Origin: Camelus dromedarius
Lineage: Eukaryota
Direction: 5' to 3'
NCBI RefSeq assembly: GCF_036321535.1
Contig: NC_087437.1
Location: forward strand, 116,190,001-116,254,000
Length of the DNA: 64,000 nt
Part shown: positions 35,701-49,556 of the stretch, piece after piece
Layout of the letters: each line of letters starts with the position of its first letter
How positions within the stretch are numbered: the stretch's first letter is position 1
Translations under genes and position numbers: made by a program
The notes under the pieces: generated by a model
The model's database searches: none
Told to the model about the DNA's origin: nothing
The model's input: the letters and a program-made list of their open reading frames with translations, nothing else

Positions 35701-38559
35701 GAGGACGGCGGTGAGCTAGGCGAGCAGCCGTCTCTTCCTTCCTGGTGCTCTTCATTTAACAACACTTTGAATAGTCGCCCTGCTGTGCACCAGCCTTGGC
35801 TGGATCTTGGCTGTCCATCAGGATCAGTGGTGTTCAGATGCTTTGCTCGATTTTGGCCGATAACCAGGTCCAGTGAACCACAGTCATGTGGCCTTTCCCA
35901 AGGCACAGAGGAGCCACAGGAGAACTGTGAGAAGGGCGTTAAAAGCTACCCTTTGGGTCATAGCAGGACCCAATGCATCTGATTGGTTATTAATACAAGC
36001 CTATGAATACAGGCATCCTAAAACTTAATCACAATGATACGTACTCGGATTAATTGCAAAGACAGAACAAATACACAATTTAAAATAAAAAACGGCTTAA
36101 CTCTGACTTCTAGCTTGGAGATCATATGCTTTAAACCCTAGGAGGGAAGTCCTCTGAAAGGGTATTCAAAATTTTCGGGACGACATTTTCCCCAGTGGAA
36201 GGAAAAGAGGAGGGATCGAACGATTGGATAAAAGTATCTTCCAGTCCTCAGTGTCAGGGACTTGGTGTGGAAAAGAAAGACGAGAAGGAAAAAACCTGTT
36301 TCTCCCTTTCAGTTCCCTACATCTTCCACCTGCCCTTCCCTCATGGAGTATGTTTGTACTCAGAGGCTGCTCTCTGATTAGAAATGACCCTGTCACTGGG
36401 AGGCAAGTACCCTGGGAAGGTCTGAAAGTTAAAACCCTATAAGTAGTTTTGCAAATGTGACAGTGAACATATGGGGTGTTTCCGGATGCGGGTCAGCTTG
36501 CAGAAACAAGCCATTTCCCACTGAACCGTAGAAGCCAGCTCGCAGTGACAGGAGGAGAAAAGACCTATCTATCTGCAGCAGCTGATGGAGAAGGATTCAG
36601 AACTAGCTGTTTTGATTTTGTTTTTGATATTTCAGGGAGCCAGATGCTCCTAGAGGCATGTTCACACATACTACCAAGAATCCAAGCAGAAATCTTTTGG
36701 ATGTGACATTTACTTTACAGCGTGAATATCTGTCCCATTGTTCAGTCCCCACAAGCTTGCTCTCTGACCAGCCCAGGGTCACAAAGCCACCAACCCAGAA
36801 AGGACATCAAATGTAATAGTCACCGAGGGTGCTCAGTGACGGCACCCTGCCTCCTCTGGGAACCCACGGGCAGCCCACGGGACTCCCTTGGGAATCTGAA
36901 CACATGAGTTCTGAAAAACCTCTTCTGGGGTCCTAACTTATTTTTACTTTTTCCCTCCCCTGCCCCTTTTTTTAAAAGAGCTTAAAAAAAAATAACTTTC
37001 CATTGTAGCTGGAAAGACAGGAAAGGAACTTAACTTCAGCCACATTTTTGGTACCCTATAAAAGCTAAATAAAAATAATAGTTAAACAATGAATGAAGCA
37101 CTAACTAGACGCGCAAGGTTTTGCAGACCAATGAGCAAACCAAAGATATGAAAAAGGTAAGCTCCTCCAACTCATCTTAAAGTAGAAATCGGGGTCACAA
37201 GGGAAATGCAAGTGCTGCTAACCCCGGCCCAGGGGACTCTGCCTGGCGCCTCCTCTCAGCGCTGAGTGGAAGCAGAGAGCATTTCTGTGCGTCTGCTTTG
37301 CTGTGACTGCCCTGCAATGGAAAAAGGACATTTTTGCCATGACGTCATCATTTGATGCAGATGTTTGGCTCAAGCCTCCTGATCTTGTTAGCAAAATTGC
37401 TGTTAAAAAATTAGAACAAGACTTCGGTTTATGTTTTCTCATGAGGTGTGAAATTGCGTCTATGAGCATTATTTTTACTGCAGTCCCTCACAGAGCTTCT
37501 AATTCTGGGGTGTATTTCCTGTTCTTTCTCCTTGTTGTGAGTAGTTATATGTATTACTTAAATTTACTGGTCATTTCTACCTGTCCCCACCCTCAGCCCT
37601 CCAGGGACCCCCACAACACAGTACTCTGTAACAGTCATGGCTATTCCACACCCCTCCTTTTATTAAAAAGGCATCAAGAAATGTAGCCTCCCACTGTGGC
37701 ACTGCAGATGTCTTACCCTCTCGTGACCCCCAGATTATTCAGAGTCTGCGAAGAATGAAAACAACGGGGAAGGCTCACAGCTCATCACGTCCAGACCTCC
37801 CTTGTGGGCCTGATGACTGGCTGTGATGCACTCTGTCCAGCTTCCCTGATTGAAAGTGGTAAAAAAAAAAAAAAAAAAAAAGGATCTAGGACGTTCTGAA
37901 AAAGCAGAAATGGTTATGATAGCAAGTTAAGCATTAGCAAGGAAGTTTTTCTTGAGCGTGAGTCTTAACGCATGGTCTGGGCTTTACAAATAATCTTTTT
38001 TTTTTTTTTTTTTTACGAGTAATCTTACATCGGCTGTCTGTTTTCCCTTTAGAGATGGATGGAAAGTTGCTCTCAAAATGCATCTGAGTTGTTGAATATC
38101 CGTTAGGTTACAGGGAAGTCCTTCTTCCAAAACAATTTTAATTTTTATGGAGTCTAAGTTAAAACAGGAACATTTATTTTCTTAAGGGTGAAGTTCTTGG
38201 AATGCTCCTATTATGAGGATTTAATACATTTCTTGACCAAATAACACTTGGCCAAACATTGCTTTCACCATTGACTTCTCTTAAAAGAAAGAAAGAAAAA
38301 AAAAGATTTAAAAAGGCAAGCATTTTTGGTCTATAAAATGTAAGAGTTTTTCTGGAACTCAGTTTTTCAAAATGCCCATCTCCTATGAAAGATTTCCACA
38401 GTCGACAGGTGGGAAAGATCTAGTGAATCTGTTTAAATTATGGAGAGTTTGCTTGTGACTTGCTGGGATTAACGAGGATGCAAATACAATTTAAAAAAAA
38501 AAAAATGCCCGGCATAGGGAGCATCGTGGAGCATATTGTACCTTACTGTAAAATAAAGA

Positions 38560-38880
38560 TAGCCTCGGACAGCCCATGGAATGTGTTCTAGCAGCATCAT
38601 CAGCTCCTTACTGTGGTTTTCCTGCCAGTCGGGGAGCCCTGCGTCACGGAGAGTGGAGGCCAAGTGTCTGCTTTGTGCTCTGGTAAGACGTGTCTTTTTT
38701 GCCGAGAATTTTCAGGTTTGCAATCTCCCCAAGCGCGGGCCGGCCGGGTCGCCTTCCCGCGCAGCGGGGCAGCGCCGTTTCTCCAGCGGTCTCACTGCAG
38801 GGCGGGGTGTCGGCCTTCGCAGCGCTGTTGGGTTCCGAGGTGGGGTCGGCTCTCGGAGGCTGTGAAGGCCACAGGCAGCT
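38560..38880 (+). promoter_or_regulatory. Small CpG-rich segment with donor; candidate alternative promoter/first exon
   Basis: Dense CpG at 38730-38870, GC box gggcgggg, donor CTG|GTAAGA at 38683. Confidence 0.35.
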
Positions 38881-39639
38881 CAGTGAATCTTCATCTCGTA
38901 GAAATCAGCTCACGGTTCAGATCCAAGCTCTTTGCTAGGAATAGCAAATTTGTGACCAGGTGTAGAGTTGAGGCAATGACGGAAATAAATTTGGGCAGAA
39001 CGTACACTCTCGGTGCAATATGGGATTTCCACCCTCTGTGGATTATTTCATTTTTCAGTTTCGATGTTTCAAGAATGACTTGCCCCCGCCCTTTCCCTTT
39101 GTCCACAAAGGCCCAGGGTTACTGTGTGTAAGCTGCTTTCCTCTGTCCAGGGAGGGGTTAATTGTCCTTAACAGGTGCAGATGCAGGGGTGCCTGGAGCC
39201 GGGCCTGCCCCTCTGGCTCTGGTCACCCCCAGCCCACACTGTGGTCGCTGGTCCTTGGCTCTGTGCAGACAGGACTTGGACGGCGCATGACCACCCTCTC
39301 TTATTTGTTTACCCAAACAGAAAATGTAATAAGGGGCAGGCAAGAGGCTGGTTGTGTGCGTCCCAGCTCGACTCAAAGTTCTTCCTGGATAAGTGCCATT
39401 CCCACTGCTGCTTCTCTCATGCTTACTTCTGCCACATTGAGGGTGATCTGGGGTTAACTGAGCACCAGGATTTCACCTGAGACTGCAGGCAGACCCCCTA
39501 TCCTCCACACACTTGCATGGACGCCCCCCTTTGAGGTCAAACCAAACAAAAACCCAGGGCAAGGGGTTTAAAGAGAGAGAGGCTCTCATCCAACATTTAA
39601 ATCATTTTAAATGCCCAAGTAGCTTCATTGCCAGTTCTT

Positions 39640-40080
39640 ACAAAGGTCTGCAAAGCTCTTTAAAATCTCCTCCCCTAGCCCTCACCCCACACCTCTCCTA
39701 CCGCACCGGCATCCTTGCTCTTGCCCTGGACCGCCCAGCCCGCCCCTTCTCCGGATGTCCCCTCTAAGGCTCTTTCTGCCTGTCTGCGCAGCTAACGCCT
39801 CCAGCTCTACAGGGCTCAGTCCCAAAGTAGGCTCAGCAGTGGCACCTTCTTGGCTTCCCGGCCACCTCATTACTGCCCATCACCCTCACCTGCTCTCTCT
39901 TCCGCCAGCACTCATCCTCACCTGACCACCGTGTGTGTATGCTTTATTTACACATCCGAGGTAAAAAGAAAGGAAATTGGAAGGGATGGAGGGTCTGTTT
40001 TGTTGACTGTTGTCTCCACAGTCAATAGGAGAGTGCCTGGCCCGTAATTTAGATTCTGAATTAAACTTGGTGAATGTTGA
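39640..40080 (+). mobile_element. L2 3' end
   Basis: tctgttttgttgactgttgtctccacagtc...agagtgcctggcccgta...ttggtgaatgttga. Confidence 0.65.
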
Positions 40081-40380
40081 GTAAACAAAATTATCAGGCC
40101 CCATGTTGCAGTGTACAAGGAGAAAACAAATGGTAGACTGACTTCCCTGCCTCTCCCCCAGCCGTGTGACCTCAGCCCAGTCTAAAAATGAAGTAAAAAA
40201 AAGAAAAAACAACTCAAGCTAGAGAGTCACACAGCAAACGTTTACCCGAGTAACAAGTGGTCCACAATAGAAATGAAACTAACATCATCCCACAAGGCTT
40301 ACGTCTAATTCAGAAACAGTGAACTTCTCTGGCTCTTATCTGTGCAGTTACTGAGATTAGGGCTAACCTTTTAGAAAGTG

Positions 40381-40643
40381 GGAAAGGGGGTGGGAAGGGA
40401 TAAATTGGGAGTTCAAGATTTGCAGATACTAACCATTACATATAACATAGATAAACGACAAGTTTCTTTTGTATAGCCCAGAGAACTATATTCAGTATCA
40501 TGTAGCAACTTGTAATGAGAAAATATTTGAAAAGGAATATACGTATGTATGTGTATGACTGAAGCATTATGCTGTACACCAGAGACTGACACAGCATTGT
40601 GAACTGACTATACTACGATAAAAAATTTTTTAAAGAGAAAAAA
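40381..40643 (+). mobile_element. L1 3' tail with TSD agaaagt
   Basis: gggtgggaagggataaattgggagttcaagatttgcagatac...gactatactacgataaaaa. agaaagt at 40374 and 40644. Confidence 0.9.
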
Positions 40644-40968
40644 AGAAAGTTAAGAATTTGGATGCTTTTGCAAGCTATAACAATTTGGGTGGTTTTATCA
40701 AGCTATGACATTTTAGAAATAGTTTCTTTCTAAATAAAGAAATTCTCCTTGCTGACTGACTTTTCCTGCTGGACTATAATGTTCTGAAGGGCAAGATTAG
40801 AAAACATATACGCTTTTATTCTCCGATGCTCACAGGACAAACCTTGCACTCAGTCAGGGCTCAGTAACTACGTGTTGGAAAGAACTTCTGTTTTCCGGAG
40901 ACGTCTCCTCACTGAGACTAGGAAGGTTGTTTCAGATGTCACGTTGTAAATTGTTCCATCTGTTGGAT

Positions 40969-41620
40969 CATGGGGTTGGCTAACTTTTTTCTGAAAACAA
41001 CCCAGTAGTAGATATTTTCAGTTTTGCAGACTATACTTCTTGTTTTTAATTAATTTATTTTTTAATTTAGAATCAGTTTACAATGTTGTGTCAGTCTCCA
41101 GTGCACAGCATCATATTTCAGCCACACATGTACATGCATATATTCTTTTTTGTTATAGGTTACTACCAGATACTGAATATAGTTCCTTGTGCTGTGTGGT
41201 GGAAACTTACCTATTTTATACATAGTCAGAATCCGCAAATCTTTTTTTTTTAAATTTTTGTCTTTTATTCAGCTGGTGAGGGGGAGGTAATTAGGTTTGT
41301 TTGTTTGTTTTCTAAGTGGCAGTACTGGGGATTGAACCCAGGACCTCGTGCATGCTAGGCAGGCGCTCTACCACTGAGCTGCACCCTCCTGGTATATGCA
41401 AATCTTGAACTCCCAGTTTATCCCTTCCCGCCCCCTTCCCCCTTCAGGCTATGCTTCTCTTTCTTTGTCACTGCTTGGCAACTCTACCCTTTCAGCATGA
41501 AAGCAGACATAAACAATTAGTAAACAAGGGGATGTGGTCATGTTGCAATAAACTTTATTTACATAAACAGGTGGTGGGCCCCATTTGACCTGTGTGCCAT
41601 AGGTTACTGGCCCCCATTCT
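40969..41620 (+). mobile_element. MER58A split by an L1 3' end (41041-41444, minus), which is itself split by a SINE (41244-41390, minus)
   Basis: MER58A halves at 40969-41040 and 41445-41620. L1 TSD cagactatacttct/caggctatgcttct. SINE TSD core gcaaatctt at 41235 and 41398. Confidence 0.88.
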
Positions 41621-42997
41621 AGACTATTCTTGCCATAAAACAACCATTCCTAAAAATGAACTGTTTGGTTCTCCTGTGTTTCTGAATTGGACATAAGTTA
41701 TGTGAGATGGTTTTAGTTGCACTTCTATTATTGTCCATTTATCACTTGAACAAAGACTTGCTAAGCGACTCTCAAGCTTGAGTCCTTATTTACTTAATTT
41801 TTAGATTATATAAAACTTGACCCATGTAGGAAACGTGCCCTTTCTTTTTCCCTCCTTTTTTTCCAAGTCATGTCCCTTCTTTGCGACCAGCTTGTTTACA
41901 AAAACTAAACCTGAGACCAAGCTTCCAGCGCCAGCTCCCTAAGCTCTTTGTGGTTAAACTGGTTTCTCACCCACTGGCCTCAAGAAGAGGGAACGAAACA
42001 CCAGATTAGACATGTTTTGGGGAGGGATCGATAAGTAATATAACCCAGATTGCACCTCCTTCATTCTCCCCAGGCCCAGGAACAAGCAATCCTCGTATTC
42101 AAGTCGGATGTGAGTGGGGACACAGGGGCAGACTTTGGTTCCTTAGGTGAGACTTAAAAATACTAGCGAGCAGAGATGAGTCCACATGTCAGGCCTGGCA
42201 TGGAAACCCGACCTGAACTGGGCCTTGGACCTGCCTATCGAGCTACTGTTCCTTCCTCATCCAGTGGTGACCAAACCAACTTCCGCGTAGCTGTGCCTTC
42301 CACTGACCTGAACGCCATCTCCATCAGATCCGGAGTGAGTCAGGTGTCTCGAGATCTGTCGGCTCCCCCGGCAGGTGGGGGCTCCCAGAGTTCCCTGGTC
42401 TCCAACAGCTCCTTCTAGGAAGAACTAAGTTCCACGCAGTAAGATCTTTATCTCTGGCTCTACCCCAGTCCTTACACACCCCTGAGTTCAAAATGACTTA
42501 GGAAAGTCATTGATTTCTGGAAAACAAGCTCTCGTCCCAGGTCTTGGGGGCAAGAGCACTGGCAGCTAATGAGACAGAGAGGGTGCATCTTGTTACTTTT
42601 AAGGTATTTATTCTGCAGAACTAATGGGAACCAGTAGGCACTCTGAACTAAGAACAGCCTCTTTTCTTCCTCAGAAGAGCTAATCCAAGCGACCAGAGCT
42701 GTAGACTGGCAGCAGATCGAAGGGCCAGCTGAGGGAATGAGACGGCCTGAGCTAGACGGCCACAAAGACACTGCAGATCTAAGGTGCTCTTTGCAGGGGA
42801 GGTTGTTGACTCATCCATGATGTGCAGGGAAACCCCCTCGTGGCCGCAGGCGCCGTCATCACAGAGCCTGAGAACAGGACGAGGCTGGAGGGAGGCGCTC
42901 AGTGGAAGAGATGGAGGGCTGGAGACCCACATTCGACAGCTGAGTCGACTGCCTTCTGGTTCTGTCCCCAACCGTCTCCCTCTGTGTCTACTTCCCT

Positions 42998-43149
42998 GTT
43001 CTCAATCCTGGTTTTGTTTAAATCGTCTCAAGCTCTTAAACACAATATTGATGTCAAGATCTCACCCCAGATCAACTAAATTAGAATCTCTTGGCCATTT
43101 AAAAAGTCTCTGAGTGATTTTAATGGGTAGTCAGGGTTGGGGACCACTG
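42998..43149. mobile_element. MER5B-like MITE
   Basis: gttctcaatcctgg...caccccagatcaactaaattagaatctct...gtgattttaatgggtagtcagggttggggaccactg. Confidence 0.7.
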
Positions 43150-43504
43150 TTCCACTCCATTATCACCTTGATGCTAAATTACTCCTGGAAGGAAATAAGA
43201 AGGGCAACAGCCACCCCAGGATCCCTTCATCTGAGAACCTCCTCAGATTAGTCTTTCAGATGAGATAAGGCTGAGATAGGGCTGCATCTGAAGCTAGGCT
43301 GTGAGGGCACCTTACAAATAATTCCATTTATAAATATGTTTTGAAAAGATGCACAGTGTCTACAGCTGGAAATGAAACAGGATTCGAGTTTGATGCCATG
43401 TGTTCGTTTTTGGCCATTTCAGCCTTCACGATGCAATTCATTCCTACAGCTCAGTGAAGCCTAGATGCTCCACATGGGCTTTGAATTCATGAGTGACTCT
43501 AAAA

Positions 43505-43700
43505 TACTGTGATTCAGAGTGTGGACTTTGAAGGGAGATCGAGATCTGAATCTCTGTGCCTCAAACCGTTAACTACCTGGCCTTGGGCAAGTGATTGAAT
43601 TGAAGACTTAGTTTTCTCACCTATATAGTGGGAAGAATAGTCCTTATCTCACGGACAGCTTGTTAATATGACAGTAAAGGTACAGTTACAATAAATGACT
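43505..43700 (+). mobile_element. MIR SINE
   Basis: ccttgggcaagtga...ttagttttctcacctatatagtgggaagaatag. Confidence 0.6.
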
Positions 43701-44361
43701 TCATAATTATTCATAACTAAACAGGGCGGTGGGTTTAACACACCTAAATCAAAGCCCTGCCCCTTGGTAGTCATTCGCCAAATGGCAGCTGTTGTTAGTA
43801 GAACCAAAATGAATTGTGTGTCTGGGCTCAATTCCTTGTCACATGGGATAATAGCTCAAGAATAAGAACAGAGCCCAGTAATAATTAAGTCTTGATTTTT
43901 CTCGAAGCAGTGAGCTCACTAGCGTTTTCTTGTGTTGCCAAGTTCAGTGAGATTCAAGAGTATTGTTTGCCGTCGGCATACAATGAAGACAGGCGTTTCA
44001 AGGAAACTTGCTGAAGAAAGTAGGCCAAAAATAGAAATTTCAAGGCCACCTTTGATTTCCTTTGGAGTCATAGCAGCTCATGTGAGGGGTGAAGATATTT
44101 CCATAGTCCCTACTCTCTGCTGGGGATCAAGAGATGAGTTATAGTGCCCTGAAGTGGGTGTATTTGACCTCTTGGTTAAAATTGGAGTTAAGTGTTTAGG
44201 CAAAGTATGAATCTCTCCAGTGCTTGATTTTAACTTAAAAAAATAATAAAGAGGCAATCTACGAAAAGCGAGCAGAATTCCCACATAATCTTTAGGAGGT
44301 AAATTATGTTTCACGTCACCCTCCATTGTGACCACTATGTTCTTGCTACCTGGCCAGTATG

Positions 44362-44369
44362 GTGTGAGT

Positions 44370-44406
<37 letters not shown>
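44362..44406. repeat. (TG)n microsatellite
   Basis: Direct reading. Confidence 0.9.
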
Positions 44407-44409
<3 letters not shown>

Positions 44410-47400
44410 AAGGGACATGTATTTACCTACTTATCTATCAGACTGGTAGGTCAATCAGTCCTACTCTACAAATTTAACATCTGGGATTTGCTGTTCACAG
44501 TAGTATAAATGCATGTTTGAGAACCAAACTTGAACTTAGCCTTTCTGACAAGAGATATTTAAAATGGAAAGCTATCTTGAGCTTCAGTTTCAAGAAAAGG
44601 GAAAAGATATATCACAAAACCAGAAAATGAAGGACAGATGGCTGGCTGGCTGGCTGGGTAAATAGGTAAATAGCTAGATTTAATAAAACACTGGAATTGG
44701 AAGATATCTGTGTACCATTGTGTTCTTCACGGCCACGTGTACAGTTAGCGGATGGTGGAAGGGCGGTGCTACTTTGACATTTTCGTTTTGTCTTGTGCCC
44801 AGGTTCCATGTCTCCCCAGCGTCCTCATAAACACACACACAGTTTAGCCTGCACAACCGGAAAGAAGTTCTCCATTACCTGCCCTTGTGATTCCTGCAAT
44901 TCAGGTGGGAGTTTCCATTGTGTACTCATTGCCAGTAAGAGCACATTGCATCACAAGGAACAGCCGACACCACACATAACACTCCCCACCCTCTTCACTT
45001 TTCCCCTCTCCCAGTCTTGCACACACCAGCGAATTAGTTACATCTGTATTTGATTCAGTGTTGGATGGTGTAAGCACTTTAACAGCAAGTGAGGAAAGAA
45101 GGGGCAATAACAAAAATTATTCTCGGTTCTCTAACCAAGATAGGAGATAGACTCTCATTCTCAATTGCTGAGAATATTAATGTCCTGCAAAAGTCAAGGG
45201 GAAAAAAGTGCTTAACTAAGTGGTATGACACTTATAGCTTATCACTGCAATGCAATGCACTTCAGGAAAATTGGCACGAGAAAACTGTTTCCTAGGAACA
45301 AATTAATTAAGTTCTGTTTATTGAAGTAATCTGAACTATTTGACTACTCAAGTGCTATGCGATAAAAGAAATAGAGTAAGACTCAGAAAGCCCTCCTACC
45401 TCCAGGCTTTCCTTGAAGAAGCAGCAGGACTTCTAGGGAATGCAAATCATTTAAGGTATTTTAAACCAGCTCAGGGTTTCTGCAGAAGGACTGGTGACAA
45501 CAGCAGGTCTTCAAGGAACCGGAGTACCCGGTTCATCTATCCCACAATTTAAGCACGGAGGAAGAGAGGAAAATCTAGGTGCGAGAGCAGGAATTTGCAT
45601 ATGACCATTCCTGGATGAGAGCTTGGACGAGACACGCGAGTACCCTGTCACGGTGGCAGAACACAATGGGCAGAGTCTTGACATTGGCCACCGTCACCGT
45701 GGAATGTCACTCCCCAAGTCCTCTGATGGAAGCCCTCATGGGGTTGCACACATTCTACACTCTCCCTCATCTAAGCTGCATGAGAACCCTGGAATGTAAA
45801 TTTGTTTTCCTCAGTTCACTAGTGCAAAAACCAGCTCAGAGGATTCAGTGATCTTGCCCCAAGACATGCATTTGTGTTAGTATGTAGCCATTCTAGAATT
45901 AAACCCATGCCTGTCTGAGGCTAAACCTATACCCCGCCCCCATTGTACTGCTCTGCTTACCAGAAGGAAATCATATAACAATTCAGTGCTTTGAGGCAAG
46001 GATTGGTTGGTCTCCGTGCTATAAAGTGAGAGTTGACTAATAAGATAAGATACACCATTAAGCAATTTGAAAAACAAAACATAACACTGTTTGCCCAAGA
46101 GACTGCCAGGAGTCTAAGCTGATAATCCGAGCCCTCTTGTTGGTGTGCATGCTTCACTGGGTGATAAGTGGTGTTTACTGACTAATAAACCATAACGCTG
46201 AGCCTTTGCAATCACTGCTGCTTGTTAAGTACACACAGATTTCAGAAGAGAAGGGAGCTAAGTTGGCAGGGGTTAGGAGACATTCGCCAATGAAAGTAGT
46301 TTGGAGAAGAGCGGGTCACAAATCCGCGCTCACTCTGGTTAGGGCGACCATGATGGCAAACCAAAGCTAGAGGGGCAGAGCCAGTGATGCAGACGGACAA
46401 TATCCTTCAGCATGTGATCAAAAATAATGCACGAGGTGCAATAACCTTAGCAATATTTCTTAAAGGAAGAGCACAGAACGTTTGATCACTCCATTTTCAG
46501 TTGCACTGGTGCTATCAAACATCAAAAAGTTCAAATCCTGTAACTCTTTGGTTTCAGGAGCCCAACCTTGCCTCCTATGTCTCCAGCTCCTGTTCCTCAG
46601 GTTGGACCATCAAGAGGAACAGCAAGGAAAAAATATCCCTTTACTGGCATTCTTTATCATCGCCTTGTTCGGCTGGTGACTCAGTCACCTCTACAAGTGC
46701 ACTTGGTAAGATAAAGTGCAATGCTAGACCAAGAATGACCGCAGACACATTTTTTCTTTAACAAATATGCATAGCCCTGGGGAAAGCTACTTCTCAAGGT
46801 AGTGTTGGCTTAATTAGCACCTACTGTTGGCTCAGGGGGATGAGGAGCTGAGATTTTGAGTGCCCAACCCCCTCTTACCATACTCCTACTAATCTTCAGT
46901 ATGAAGTCCACTAGAATTTATGACAGCTCGGCTGGGATCTTCATTTTACATCGTTTTGCCAATTTGCATTGCTCAGTTTTTCCACAGTAACTAGAATGTT
47001 TGGCCACGAGTTACAACTTTGCAATGGGAAGGCTCCCAAAGTAAAATCCTAGTTGTTTACCCAGTTCTGCAAATAATAAATATCTAAAATGAGTCAGGAG
47101 AATTCTCCTAGGCTTTCCTGCAGTTACGCTTTGTAGAAGAAATGGTGATACTGATGTGGAACCAGGGTGTTAGTCACTTTCTTCTGTGTGCTTATCAGAG
47201 GTAGAGACTATATGGATTCACAGAGAAGTGATTCAGGACGTTACAAGTGAAAGCGTTCCGGCATAACATCACTGGATGCCAAGCCAAATAAAGAGCCAGA
47301 AAACGTATAATGTGCACCCAGCGGCCTGTGCCAGAGGCCAGGGACTGCACTTGGGGGAAATGGGAAAGAGGCTTTACATGTGCTCAGGAACCAAAATATT

Positions 47401-49118
47401 ACGGCAAGAAATGTTAGAACAAGTGAGGTCTAAGAATGGTGCAGTTGGGCGGAGCTTGGTGAGGGAGGACAGTGCCTGCGTCCAGCAGATAGAATCAAAC
47501 ACACTGCCTATGGTTTGACATCTCCAAGCCGAGAAGAAAGATACCCCAGTGACTCCCTGATTTTTTTAAAGCCAAGGTATGTGACTTATCACAAATCAAA
47601 GACAAAGCACTAAAATATGAAAACCAAGGGAAAAGGTAGAATGATTTGCTACTTTTGTGTTCCCCAGTTAATCACTGAAATTATTCAGGATGATATAGCA
47701 TTTTCCATACTACCGTAGTTTAAATAGCCCAAATGTGGCTCCGAGTTCTGGACTCAGACTCCACCTACTATGCCTGAAATACTGTGGTTGGCCATCTGCT
47801 GAAGATGGGGGTCCATGGCCACAGACGTCTCACTGTCTGGCCTAGATGGTCACCTGGGGAGTCGGTTCAGAGCTAACAACAATAAAACAGCAATAGAAGA
47901 GGCAGGTTAATTCAAGCCAGTACGTAGCACGTGCCAGATGAATGATGTGGCTAGACTGTGAAAGGAAGGTGGGGTCATTCTGGTCGCAGCAGCCTGGAGA
48001 TGGAAACTGCCCTGTGGATGTTGCATTTCTATTGACCAGCCAAGCCGTCAACAGTGAAAACCAGTCATCACCACGCACCTTCATCGATGGAAATCACCAC
48101 GGAACAGTTCACTTGGTAAGAGTGGGTCTGAAGTGAACCAGGAACAAAATGTGTGTATTTAACGTGCAGTATAAAGTTGCACCAACAATTGCTAAGGCAA
48201 TAAAGCGCCATTTGAAGAAGGCAAGAGGAGACCAGATCACCACCGGGTTCGTGTCAGTGGTGCTGTGCAGCTCATTTCTCCCAAGTCACGATGTGTGTGG
48301 GGACTCAGAGTCACCGAGGAGACCAGCCTCTGTACAGAGTGTCAGGGATTTCCTGCATCTAACTTTTTAAGTCTACATCTTCCCATTTGACAAAATTGGA
48401 TTTTCCATATATTCTAGTAAATGTTCAGTTGGTGTTAACAAATTAAGATACCATGCCTAGATTAACACTTTAAAAATTTTGTGTTAAAATTTGACAGTTG
48501 TCTACAAAAGAGCTGGGGACACACAGGGAAATAGGGTAACCAGCCATCGCGTTTTCCCCAAGTGCAGTCCCTGGCCTCTGGCACAGGCCGCTGGGTGCAC
48601 ATTATACGTTTTCTGGCTCTTTATTTGGCTTGGCATCCAGTGATGTTATTATGCCGGAACGCTTTCATTGGTAACGTCCTGAATCATTTCTCTGTGAATC
48701 CACACAGAATATACCAGGATATGAGACTTTCAGGGTTAACACTGGGACAGTCATGGGAAAACCAGGATGACCTGTCCCTCTACAGAGGAATCACATGGAG
48801 GTAACATTTCTATTAAGTAACTATTGAGTTTGGGGATAATTTTTGTGCCATCCCATTAAAGAGGAATAGGAGAAAGCCCTAAGGCAGCCTCAGGGTTTTC
48901 CTGAGGCTGAATTCTTTTTTGTTGGGAATGGTGCTGGGAAGATGGCAAAAATTCCAGAGGGGAATGGAGGCTACTCTCAGTCTCATTTGCTCCCCTGCTG
49001 GGAGCCCCAAGGAACAAAAGGAGACAGGTAACTGGAAACCTGCTAGAAGAGTCCACAGACAGGTGACCTGCCCACTGGAGGCGGGTGGATTTGTCCTACA
49101 GGACCTGGTTTAAAAACT

Positions 49119-49556
49119 AGTAAATGTGCCTGTTTCTGTTTTGTAAATAAGTTCATTTGTGTCCTTTTTTTTTTTTTTTTTTTTTTAGATTCCACGTGTA
49201 AGTGAATCATATGGCATTTCTCTTTCTCTTTCTGGCTGACTTCACTTAGAATGATGATCTCCAGGTCCATCCACGTTGCTGCAAATGGCATTATTTTATT
49301 CTTTTTGATGGCTGAGTAGTATTCCATTGTACATAGAGAACAAACTTATGGTTACCAAGGGGTAAAGGGGGTGGGAAGGGATAAATTGGGAGTTTGAAAT
49401 TTGCACCTCTTGGAGACTGATGGAATTGTTAGGTATTTTGACTGTGGTTTCATGGGTGTATCCATCTACCAAAATTCATCAAATTGTACATCTGAAATAT
49501 GTGTAGTTTACTGTACAGAAATTATACCACAATAAAGTTGTTTAAATTTAAAAAAA
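49119..49556 (+). mobile_element. 5'-inverted L1 insertion with a non-standard 3' tail
   Basis: Minus-strand L1 ORF2 end/3' UTR at 49125-49335 is joined to the next 3' UTR segment on plus (49331-49405), then a different tail with AATAAA and polyA. Possible TSD aaaaact at 49112 and 49557. Confidence 0.85.

Noticed and set aside
48040..48115. Possible 76-nt exon with GTAAGA donor
   Set aside because: Isolated donor, mediocre acceptor and no recognisable product; not distinguishable from background.
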